A DNA stretch of 64,000 nucleotides, taken from positions 13,005 to 77,004 of the forward strand of contig JALNWE010000001.1 in NCBI GenBank assembly GCA_023231065.1. Direction: 5' to 3'. Shown here piece by piece: positions 56,520 through 64,000 of the stretch. Position 1 is the first letter of the stretch; the number at the start of each line of letters is the position of its first letter. The position numbers and the translations under genes were made by a program. The DNA comes from Bacteroidales bacterium. Lineage in GTDB: Bacteria; Bacteroidota; Bacteroidia; Bacteroidales; FEN-979. The notes below the pieces were generated by a model, which was given only the letters and a program-made list of their open reading frames with translations, was not told the DNA's origin and ran no database searches.

Positions 56520-57338
56520 ATGCATAGGAAAATTTTATTGATTTTGCTTTTGTTTGTCTTTTCTGATTTTTTATATGCACAATGCAACATCCTTCACGAT
56601 GTTTTTCAGGACGGTGAGAAAGTCACCTATACGGTATCTTACAATTGGGGTCCGGTTTGGGTCAATGCAGGTGAAGTCACATTCTCAGCCGGTCAGGAAT
56701 TATATAAAGGGAAGGACACCTATCATCTGAAGGCTTCCGGAAAAACTTTTACTTCTTATGATCTGTTGTTCAAAGTCAGGGATTATTATGATACATGGGT
56801 TGATCCTGTTAACATGCAATCCATTGATTTCAGAAGGTATATTTATGAAGGTGGATATACTTTATTAAACACATTGAATTTTAATTATTCAAATCATTCT
56901 ATAATTTCCAATACCAAGACAGATAACAATCCACAACGAACGGATACCGTGAGGTTGATGCCCTGTAGTTATGATATGCTCGCTGCGATTTACTATACGC
57001 GGTCTATTGATCTTTCCAGTCTTAAACCGGAAGAAAAAAGAAATGTCAAGGTGTATATCGATGACGGATATTATGATATAGCGATCAGGGCAATAGGAAA
57101 AGAGATGGTTGAAAATACCGATGGAAAAAAATATCATTGTATCAAATTTGCTGTCAAGATGGTACAGGGCACAATCTTCAGGGGTGATGAGGATGTTATA
57201 GTATGGGTTACCGACGATGCCAATAAAATACCGATATATATTGAAGCCAAGATTATCGTTGGGGTGATCAAAGCATATCTGAAAGATGCTACCGGGGTCA
57301 GAAACCCAATGAAGGCATTGGTTAGGGAGAAGGGATGA
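56520..57338 (+). CDS. DUF3108-like secreted protein
   Basis: 272 aa. Signal peptide and beta-rich sequence. Family guess by eye. Confidence 0.55.
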   Translation: MHRKILLILLLFVFSDFLYAQCNILHDVFQDGEKVTYTVSYNWGPVWVNAGEVTFSAGQELYKGKDTYHLKASGKTFTSYDLLFKVRDYYDTWVDPVNMQSIDFRRYIYEGGYTLLNTLNFNYSNHSIISNTKTDNNPQRTDTVRLMPCSYDMLAAIYYTRSIDLSSLKPEEKRNVKVYIDDGYYDIAIRAIGKEMVENTDGKKYHCIKFAVKMVQGTIFRGDEDVIVWVTDDANKIPIYIEAKIIVGVIKAYLKDATGVRNPMKALVREKG

Positions 57339-57391
57339 CGGATGCTGGATGGTTGATGGTTGATGATTGATGATTGATGGTTGATGATTGA
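57336..57391. repeat. 8-unit heptanucleotide array (TGRTTGA type) starting on the TGA stop codon
   Basis: TGACGGA TGCTGGA TGGTTGA TGGTTGA TGATTGA TGATTGA TGGTTGA TGATTGA. Confidence 0.9.
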
Positions 57392-57416
57392 ATGTTAACA
57401 AACTGAATGTACCTAT

Positions 57417-58253
57417 ATGAAGTTAATTGCTGATAGCGGGTCAACCAAGACCATCTGGGTATTGATGGAGGAAGGTGTAGTCAAAAATACGTTGCAAACT
57501 GCCGGTTTAAATCCCTATTTTAATAATTCCGAGACGGTTGAGGCAACATTGCAAACTGAGTTATACCCATATATTGTTGGCGATCATATTCGGGAGGTTC
57601 ATTTTTACGGGGCAGGCTGTTCTACTGAAAAAAACGATTTGATGATCCGCGAAGCCATCCAGCCTTTTTGCAGGAAAGCGGAAATCGGGATTTATCATGA
57701 TATTTTAGGCGCGGCAAGGGCTTTATTTGGTCATGATACGGGAATTGCAGGAATATTGGGTACAGGTTGCAATTCCTGCTATTATAATGGCCATTCGATT
57801 TTTTCCGCTGTCGATTCATTGGGTTATCTTTTTGGGGACGAGGGGGCCGGCTCGTATCTTGGGAAAAAATTCATGGGGCGTTACCTTAAAAAGGAACTAC
57901 CTGCAGAATTGATGGATGAATTTGATCAGCACTATCGTTTAACCCTTGAAGACATCCTGAATGCCCTATATAATCGACCTTATCCGAATCGGTTCTTAGC
58001 TTCATTCAGTCAATTTTTAGGGCCCCGCCAGCATCACCCGGTGATTCACCAATTGGTGAAAGAATCTTTCTTATCTTTTTTCGAAGCCCAGATAAAACAA
58101 TATGAAAAGTACAGGGAATTACCCGTATCTTTCATTGGGTCGATCGCCTATTACTACAGGGATATTCTGATTGAAGCGGCAATGGAAGAAAAGATCCTGA
58201 TCGGAAAAATCCTACAGGATCCGGTTGATGGGTTGACTGAATTCCACCGGTAG
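57417..58253 (+). CDS. BadF/BadG/BcrA/BcrD-type ATPase (N-acetylglucosamine kinase-like)
   Basis: 278 aa. N-terminal ADSGSTKT phosphate-1 motif and GILGTGCNS. Confidence 0.7.
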   Translation: MKLIADSGSTKTIWVLMEEGVVKNTLQTAGLNPYFNNSETVEATLQTELYPYIVGDHIREVHFYGAGCSTEKNDLMIREAIQPFCRKAEIGIYHDILGAARALFGHDTGIAGILGTGCNSCYYNGHSIFSAVDSLGYLFGDEGAGSYLGKKFMGRYLKKELPAELMDEFDQHYRLTLEDILNALYNRPYPNRFLASFSQFLGPRQHHPVIHQLVKESFLSFFEAQIKQYEKYRELPVSFIGSIAYYYRDILIEAAMEEKILIGKILQDPVDGLTEFHR

Positions 58254-58256
58254 GAT

Positions 58257-59195
58257 CTATCTGGGGTTTGGTTGAGAAGAGATCGGAGATAGGAGATGGA
58301 AGATGTTTGAAATAATTCCTGAAAGATCATCGGGAGCATACCAGGTGAAGGCGGGATCTTTTCTAAACCATGTCATCTGACGTTTTGCATACCGGCGTGT
58401 GTTTATCTTAATTTTTTCAACTGCCATTTCCAGGGAATATGCTCCTTTAAGGTAATGAAAAAGTTCTTTGTATCCAACCGTATTCAAGGCATTTAGATGT
58501 TGAAAAGGCAATAATTGAATTGCTTCGTCAAGCCATCCTTGTCCCATCATATAATCAACCCGTTGATTGATCCTTTGGTTCAGAATTTCCCTGGGGAGTG
58601 TCAGCGCTGTTTTCAGTATTTTAAATGGACGAGGTTTGGGTGAATTCGTCCTGTGCGCAGAATAGGGTATTCCAGTTGTTAAGGTAACTTCCAGTGCACG
58701 GATCAGACGGGCAGGATTGAATGGGTCGATCTGATTATAATAATCCGGATCAACATCCTGAAGTTTCTGCTGCAATGCCGTAATCCCGGAATCCTGAAGC
58801 AGGTCTTTCAACTGTTGGCGCAGGACCGGATCGGGATCGGGTAACTGATCAATTCCCTGACATACTGCATCGATATATAATCCTGAGCCTCCGGTCATGA
58901 TCACGACCTTGTGGTTTCTGAACATTTCGGTGAGCTTGTTCAGCGCGTCAGTTTCGAAACGGGAGACGTTGTAAGGTTCACCGACGCTCAGGTGGCCGAT
59001 AAAATGGTGCGGGATTTCCAGTAATTCCTCCCGGGAAGGAGTGGCCGTACCGATCTTCATTTCCCGGTAGAATTGCCTGGAATCGGCGGAAATGATCTCC
59101 GTATTAAAATGATGTGCCAACTGAATACTAACGCTGGTCTTGCCTACAGCAGTAGGGCCGGCGACCACGACCAGCAATGGTTCATTAATAATCAT
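58257..59195 (-). CDS. miaA: tRNA dimethylallyltransferase
   Basis: P-loop GPTAVGKTS directly after MIINEPLLVVVA. Start moved to the ATG at 59195, an 11-nt overlap with the upstream gene. Confidence 0.9.
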   Translation of the reverse strand: MIINEPLLVVVAGPTAVGKTSVSIQLAHHFNTEIISADSRQFYREMKIGTATPSREELLEIPHHFIGHLSVGEPYNVSRFETDALNKLTEMFRNHKVVIMTGGSGLYIDAVCQGIDQLPDPDPVLRQQLKDLLQDSGITALQQKLQDVDPDYYNQIDPFNPARLIRALEVTLTTGIPYSAHRTNSPKPRPFKILKTALTLPREILNQRINQRVDYMMGQGWLDEAIQLLPFQHLNALNTVGYKELFHYLKGAYSLEMAVEKIKINTRRYAKRQMTWFRKDPAFTWYAPDDLSGIISNIFHLLSPISSQPNPR

Positions 59196-59952
59196 CTGAA
59201 TTCTGATCGAAACCGCTATATGGTTTATCGATGCTGTCGAGATCGTCGTAATCTTCGATGTGCCCCATTGCCTCTTCTTCTTCAAAGGAAAAACCTTCGT
59301 CTTCATCCATGGCCGGAGGTATAACTTCCTGGTTTGTAGTTTCTTCTTCTATAAATGCGCTGATATCATTTTCGATGGCGGCTAATTCGGATTCGTTTTC
59401 AACAATATCATTCAATTTGGTACTTTCTTCAACTTCGGGAAGGGGGATCTTTGGTATAGGAATTTTTGTAGAAATCGGTTTGGGAGCCGGAGGAACAGGT
59501 TGTTCAGCTTTTTTAGGCAGTTCACCTACCCGTTTTACGCATCTCGGATAGGAATGTATATCATCAGTTTTCAGGATCCTGAATAGTTCAATTAAAAACG
59601 AAAAGCGATCACGGCCAACAAATTCATAGATCATTTTCTGGTGAGGATCTTCGATATACTGATTGAGTTTGGCATGTTTCATCAAGGGAAGCGTAATCGA
59701 TTCAGTAACAACCTGATCAAGATCTTCATCATATTTACGTACTATTCTTTTCTCTGTTTTCAAGGTAATTTCCACGCCCTTTTTATATTTTTTATCAGTC
59801 AGAAAAAAAGAAGCCCGCTCACAATGGAGTAATTCAGTCGATTCCACAAGGTTAATATGAAAATCAAGAAAATTCTGTTTCGGTTGAATCTGGATTTCCC
59901 TGAGAAAGTCCTCATGTTCTTCCGAGATTATCCTAAAATGATAAATCAGCAT
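59185..59952 (-). CDS. hypothetical protein with acidic C-terminal tail
   Basis: 255 aa. Structured N-terminal ~130 aa, Pro-rich linker and a strongly acidic C-terminus. No family recognised. Confidence 0.55.
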   Translation of the reverse strand: MLIYHFRIISEEHEDFLREIQIQPKQNFLDFHINLVESTELLHCERASFFLTDKKYKKGVEITLKTEKRIVRKYDEDLDQVVTESITLPLMKHAKLNQYIEDPHQKMIYEFVGRDRFSFLIELFRILKTDDIHSYPRCVKRVGELPKKAEQPVPPAPKPISTKIPIPKIPLPEVEESTKLNDIVENESELAAIENDISAFIEEETTNQEVIPPAMDEDEGFSFEEEEAMGHIEDYDDLDSIDKPYSGFDQNSDDY

Positions 59953-60013
59953 CTTGCTCCGGTTCTAATTCGCTTCAAAAATATGAAATTATTAATCTTC
60001 AGAGAATAACTTT

Positions 60014-61435
60014 TTAAGCTTCTCCATTCATTTTTTTCAATCCCAACTTTAATCCGGCTTCCAGCATGAACTGATACGCGGCTTCAAATTCATTGGGAAT
60101 TAAACCATCAAGGATAGCTTCCGTGATTTCATCTTTGATAATACCTACTTGTTTTGACGGTGAAATTCCAAAAGTATTCATGATTATTTCGCCACTAATG
60201 GGAGGTTGCCAGTTCCTGAGACGGTCTTTTTCCTCGATCTCCTTCAGCTTTTGTCTGACGATTTCGAAATTTCCTATGTAGCGTTTTACTTTATATGGAT
60301 TCTTAGAGGTAATATCAGCATTGCATAATGTCATCAGGTCATCGATGTCGTCGCCGGCTTCGAAAAGCAACCTTCTGACTGCGGAATCCGTGACCTCGTC
60401 TTCGGCCAAAACGATGGGACGAAGATGTAGAAGTACCAGTTTTTCCACATAATGCATTTTTTCATTGAGTGGGAGTTTTAACAGCCTGAAAACGTGGGGT
60501 ACCATTTTTGCGCCTAAGAATTCATGGGCATGAAAAGTCCAGCCGGTTCCCGGGATGAACTTACGGGTTTGTGGTTTTGCGATATCATGAAGAATTGCAG
60601 CCCATCTCAACCAGAGATTGTCAGATTGGATGGCAACGTTGTCAAGCACTTCAAGCGTATGATAGAAATTATCCTTATGCCCTTTTCCATCTATTGTTTC
60701 TGTCCCTTTTAATTCACAGAATGCAGGAAAAATCAATTTCAGAAGGCCGCTTTCGTCAAGAAGGATAAAACCTAAGGAAGGTTTTTCTGCCTGAATAATA
60801 AGGTTCAGCTCATCGGTAACACGCTCCATGGATACGATGCTAATCCTATCTGCATTTCTTTGAATGGCCTGAAAAGTGGACGGATCGATAATAAAATTCA
60901 ACTCGGTGGCAAAACGGATAGCCCGCATCATCCGGAGGGGATCGTCAGAAAATGTGATATCCGGGTCACGGGGGGTGCGGATAAGCCCCTTTTTAAGATC
61001 GCTTCTTCCATTAAACGGATCAACAAGTTCACCAAAATGATCCGGGGTCAGTTCGATAGCCATGGCGTTGATGGTAAAATCGCGACGGTTCTGATCATCT
61101 TCCAGGGTGCCATTTTCCACAATGGGTTTTCGGGAATTACTGCGATACGATTCCTTGCGGGCGCCGACAAATTCGACTTTCCAATCCTGATAATTCAGCA
61201 TGGCAGTTCCAAAATTTTTAAAGAATTTAACTGGGATATTGCCTTCTAATTTATCCGCTACCTTGTGCGCAAAATCGATTCCGCTCCCAATGACCATGAT
61301 GTCAATGTCTTTCTTATTATCACGTTTCAGCAACAAATCCCTTACAAATCCTCCAATTACGAATGCCTGCGCTTCCATTTCGCCCGCAACCTGCGAGATG
61401 CTGTTAAAAACCGGGTTTGTGAGTTTGTATTTCAA
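60014..61435 (-). CDS. CCA-adding enzyme / poly(A) polymerase-family tRNA nucleotidyltransferase with HD domain
   Basis: 473 aa. GGFVRD..DIDI nucleotidyltransferase motif, RDFTINA, HD domain LHDIAKP. Confidence 0.85.
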   Translation of the reverse strand: MKYKLTNPVFNSISQVAGEMEAQAFVIGGFVRDLLLKRDNKKDIDIMVIGSGIDFAHKVADKLEGNIPVKFFKNFGTAMLNYQDWKVEFVGARKESYRSNSRKPIVENGTLEDDQNRRDFTINAMAIELTPDHFGELVDPFNGRSDLKKGLIRTPRDPDITFSDDPLRMMRAIRFATELNFIIDPSTFQAIQRNADRISIVSMERVTDELNLIIQAEKPSLGFILLDESGLLKLIFPAFCELKGTETIDGKGHKDNFYHTLEVLDNVAIQSDNLWLRWAAILHDIAKPQTRKFIPGTGWTFHAHEFLGAKMVPHVFRLLKLPLNEKMHYVEKLVLLHLRPIVLAEDEVTDSAVRRLLFEAGDDIDDLMTLCNADITSKNPYKVKRYIGNFEIVRQKLKEIEEKDRLRNWQPPISGEIIMNTFGISPSKQVGIIKDEITEAILDGLIPNEFEAAYQFMLEAGLKLGLKKMNGEA

Positions 61436-61532
61436 AATATGGGATCAGATTTTTTGCAAAAGTAATGAATAGTGACTTAATTTACCGGTCAAAAAATTCC
61501 ATTTCCGATTTTGGTAATCTCTGCCTAGGTTG

Positions 61533-61540
61533 TATCTTTG
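61533..61540 (+). promoter_or_regulatory. Bacteroidota -7 box TATCTTTG
   Basis: Matches TAnnTTTG, 46 bp upstream of the ATG at 61586. Confidence 0.4.
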
Positions 61541-61585
61541 AAAACTTATTCTCGTCTATAAATTAATCACTAATAAACTAATATT

Positions 61586-62779
61586 ATGGCAAAAAGAACA
61601 ATTATAACGATGCCCGGCGATGGCATTGGAAAAGTCGTTTTGAATGAAGCCGTCCGTGTTCTGGATGCTGCTGGTTTTAATGCTGAATATATTCATGGGG
61701 ATATTGGTTGGGAATTTTGGTGCAAAGAAGGTGATCCTTTCCCTGTCCGTACCCAGAAACTACTGGAAAAATATAAAATAGGCCTCTTCGGGGCTATAAC
61801 ATCAAAGCCCAAGGATAAAGCCGAAACCGAGCTGGCCCCTGAGTTGAAAGATAAAGGATTTGTTTATTACAGTCCTATTGTCAGTATGCGTCAGAAATAT
61901 GATCTTGATATTTGTATCCGTCCATGTAAAACCTTCAAGGGAAATCCCCTGAATTTTATCCGTCGCGGGTTTGGAGGAATGGTTGAAGAGCCCCTGGTTG
62001 ATTGCACGATTTTCAGGCAGAACACAGAATGTCTCTATAGTGGGGTTGAATGGACCAACCCATCCGACCAGGTTTACGATGCCCTGATGACCCATAAAAA
62101 ATTCCGTGATAATTTCGCCTGGTGCCCCCGTCCCGAGTTGGCCGTTTCCGCCAGAATTTTCACAAAAAAATATACAGGGCGCATTTTAAAAGCTGCTTTT
62201 GAATATGCCAGTTCCCATGGATATTCCACCATAACTGTCTGCGAGAAGCCCAACGTGATCCGCGAAACCTCCGGCATGATGCTGAAAATGGCACAGGACA
62301 TGGCTAAAAATGAATATCCGGGGATCAAGGTACAAAACACGAACATTGATGCCCAGATGATGTGGTTGACGAAAAATCCGGAAACATATCATGTTATTGT
62401 GGCCGGGAATATGTTCGGAGATATAGTTTCTGATGGTTTTGCCGGTTTGATTGGTGGTCTTGGATTTGCCTGCAGCGCCAACATCGGCCCCGACATCGCG
62501 GTTTTTGAACCCACCCATGGTTCGGCTCCGAAATACGCGGATTTTGATCCTTCCATCGTCAACCCCATCGCCATGATCCTATCAGCAGTAATGATGCTGG
62601 AGCACATTGGTGAACATGGTCTTGCCTCCAAAATCAGTAAAGCAGTCGCTGATGTGATTGAAGAAGGCAAAGTGAAGACCTATGACATGATGAAATTGCC
62701 GGGAAATCCTGAAGCATTCAGCAAAGGCGCTGCCAATACACATGAAATGACGGATGCTGTTATAAAAAAATTGCAATGA
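61586..62779 (+). CDS. isocitrate/isopropylmalate dehydrogenase family protein
   Basis: 397 aa. MPGDGIGKVV N-terminus and NMFGDIVSDGFAGLIGGLG motif. Confidence 0.85.
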   Translation: MAKRTIITMPGDGIGKVVLNEAVRVLDAAGFNAEYIHGDIGWEFWCKEGDPFPVRTQKLLEKYKIGLFGAITSKPKDKAETELAPELKDKGFVYYSPIVSMRQKYDLDICIRPCKTFKGNPLNFIRRGFGGMVEEPLVDCTIFRQNTECLYSGVEWTNPSDQVYDALMTHKKFRDNFAWCPRPELAVSARIFTKKYTGRILKAAFEYASSHGYSTITVCEKPNVIRETSGMMLKMAQDMAKNEYPGIKVQNTNIDAQMMWLTKNPETYHVIVAGNMFGDIVSDGFAGLIGGLGFACSANIGPDIAVFEPTHGSAPKYADFDPSIVNPIAMILSAVMMLEHIGEHGLASKISKAVADVIEEGKVKTYDMMKLPGNPEAFSKGAANTHEMTDAVIKKLQ

Positions 62780-63324
62780 CCAACGAAATCCTTAACCTGT
62801 GGCCGGAATTAATGTGGATTGAAGATCCCATTCTCCGCGAAAAAGTTGCGCAAACCTGGGAGCTGGCGCTGGAAAGAAGTGTACTTTCGCCCGATGATCT
62901 CAATAAAATTCCCTTCACTTTGTTGGCAGGACCTGATCTCAAGGTATCCTTTATGGCCCACAAACGGTGTGTTGTCCACATTGCCCGTGAAGCCGGGCTT
63001 AAAATGAATGAATTCTTTAAAGAAGATCTTCCGGTTGACATGGATGTGCTGATTGCAGGGGCGATCCTCGCGGATGTTGGCAAGCTGCTTGAATACGTGC
63101 TTGATCCGGCAGGAAAATCCGTGCAGGGAAAATATGGAAAATATTTACGGCATCCATTCTCCGGAGTTTCATTGGCAGAGCAATGTGGTGTCCCTGCCCC
63201 GGTTTGTCATATTATTTCTGCCCATGCCGGTGAAGGGGATATGATCAAACGGACAGTGGAGGCATATATCGTCCATCATTCAGATTTTATGACATTTGAG
63301 CCATTCAGAGAAAGGCTTAAATAA
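62776..63324 (+). CDS. HD-superfamily-like protein (degenerate HD motif)
   Basis: 182 aa. H..H..ILADVGK..H..H.D pattern with AD in place of the canonical HD. ATGA overlap with the upstream dehydrogenase. Confidence 0.6.
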   Translation: MTNEILNLWPELMWIEDPILREKVAQTWELALERSVLSPDDLNKIPFTLLAGPDLKVSFMAHKRCVVHIAREAGLKMNEFFKEDLPVDMDVLIAGAILADVGKLLEYVLDPAGKSVQGKYGKYLRHPFSGVSLAEQCGVPAPVCHIISAHAGEGDMIKRTVEAYIVHHSDFMTFEPFRERLK

Positions 63325-63344
63325 AACATTCAAAACATATTCCG

Positions 63345-64000
63345 ATGAACATTATTGAAAAAATTCTTGCAAAACATTCCAAAAGGAAAAAAGTCAAGCC
63401 GGGAGATATCATTGATGTTTTCATTGATACCCGTGCCGCCCGTGATTTTGGCGGCGCCAATGTAGTAAAGAATTTGGTTGATCATGGTTTGACGGTCGCT
63501 GATCCCCAAAAAACCATTTTCACATTTGACTGCAACCCCGGAGGCTCTGATCAAAAATATGCTGCCAATCAGCAGTACTGCCGTCAGTATGCCCGCGAAA
63601 ATGGCATACAAGTATATGATGTTGATGCCGGGATAGGCACTCATCTGGCCATTGACAATGGCTTGGCCTGGCCGGGAAGTACTTTTGTTTCCACAGATTC
63701 GCATGCCAATATCCTGGGCGCTATCGCATCTTTTGGCCAGGGAATGGGCGATCAGGATATTGCTGCTGCCTGGGCAAAAGGTGCGGTATGGTTCAAAGTA
63801 CCACCCTCCGTCAAAATCAACCTTCATGGTAAAAGGCCTGCCGGATTATCAGCTAAAGATATAATTTTGAATATGTTATCCATATTCGGAGCCAACAAAT
63901 TGCTGGGATGCTCTGTTGAGATATATGGAATAGAAGTTGAGAAGTTTACCCTGGCTGAACGTATCACCATCTCTTCCATGGGGACTGAGATGGGAGCAAT
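63345..64000 (+). CDS. aconitase-family dehydratase large subunit (LeuC/homoaconitase-like), 3' end outside window
   Basis: Not in the ORF track because there is no stop in the window. MNIIEKILAKHS...GTHLA...STDSHAN...ISSMGTEMGA are typical of LeuC-type large subunits. Confidence 0.85.
   Translation, partial: MNIIEKILAKHSKRKKVKPGDIIDVFIDTRAARDFGGANVVKNLVDHGLTVADPQKTIFTFDCNPGGSDQKYAANQQYCRQYARENGIQVYDVDAGIGTHLAIDNGLAWPGSTFVSTDSHANILGAIASFGQGMGDQDIAAAWAKGAVWFKVPPSVKINLHGKRPAGLSAKDIILNMLSIFGANKLLGCSVEIYGIEVEKFTLAERITISSMGTEMGA

Noticed and set aside
56889-57401. 170-aa minus-strand ORF starting with INHQPSIINHQPS
   Set aside because: It has the same origin as the previous case. It reads through the 57336-57391 heptad array and is otherwise antisense to the DUF3108-like gene.
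63330-63827. 165-aa minus-strand ORF
   Set aside because: It is antisense to a clear LeuC/aconitase-family reading frame that starts at 63345. That frame is missing from the track only because it has no stop in the window.

Overview
The window looks like a chromosomal segment of an anaerobic Bacteroidota (Bacteroidales-like) genome. Evidence: roughly 40% GC by eye, T9SS PorQ, DUF5683, a long NusB, TAnnTTTG -7 boxes and mostly no Shine-Dalgarno sequences. The flanks (1-18.2 kb and 46.1-64 kb) are ordinary housekeeping. They carry recF, ispH, nusB, parAB, dapB, lepB, ftsK, lolA, split transketolase, truA, ribF, trmD, rplS, an ECF sigma, uvrA, an aldehyde dehydrogenase, a tRNA(CAT), an APC permease, miaA, a CCA enzyme and an IDH-family/HD/aconitase-family operon. 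The centre (18.3-46.1 kb) is a dense H2-metabolism and H2/redox-sensing island. It holds three NuoE/NuoF/HydA-type [FeFe]-hydrogenase loci and three hydrogenase-like putative sensory paralogues, which all share a Cx2Cx4Cx16C motif and lack the proton-relay Cys. Each sensor is wired to a different output: a DRTGG/GHKL-ATPase/PHP module, a PAS domain plus PP2C phosphatase, or a fused histidine kinase followed by REC and REC-kinase genes. A rex gene overlaps the end of that phosphorelay operon, and each hydrogenase locus is preceded by paired Rex-operator-like palindromes. Other signals are 7-bp tandem arrays that begin exactly on TGA stop codons, an OmpR-type 21-bp-period direct repeat, and single-residue deviations in H-cluster-binding motifs of two paralogues. 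I saw no transposase, integrase, CRISPR array or recognisable defence gene. All domain calls are by-eye motif recognition, and no database search was run.
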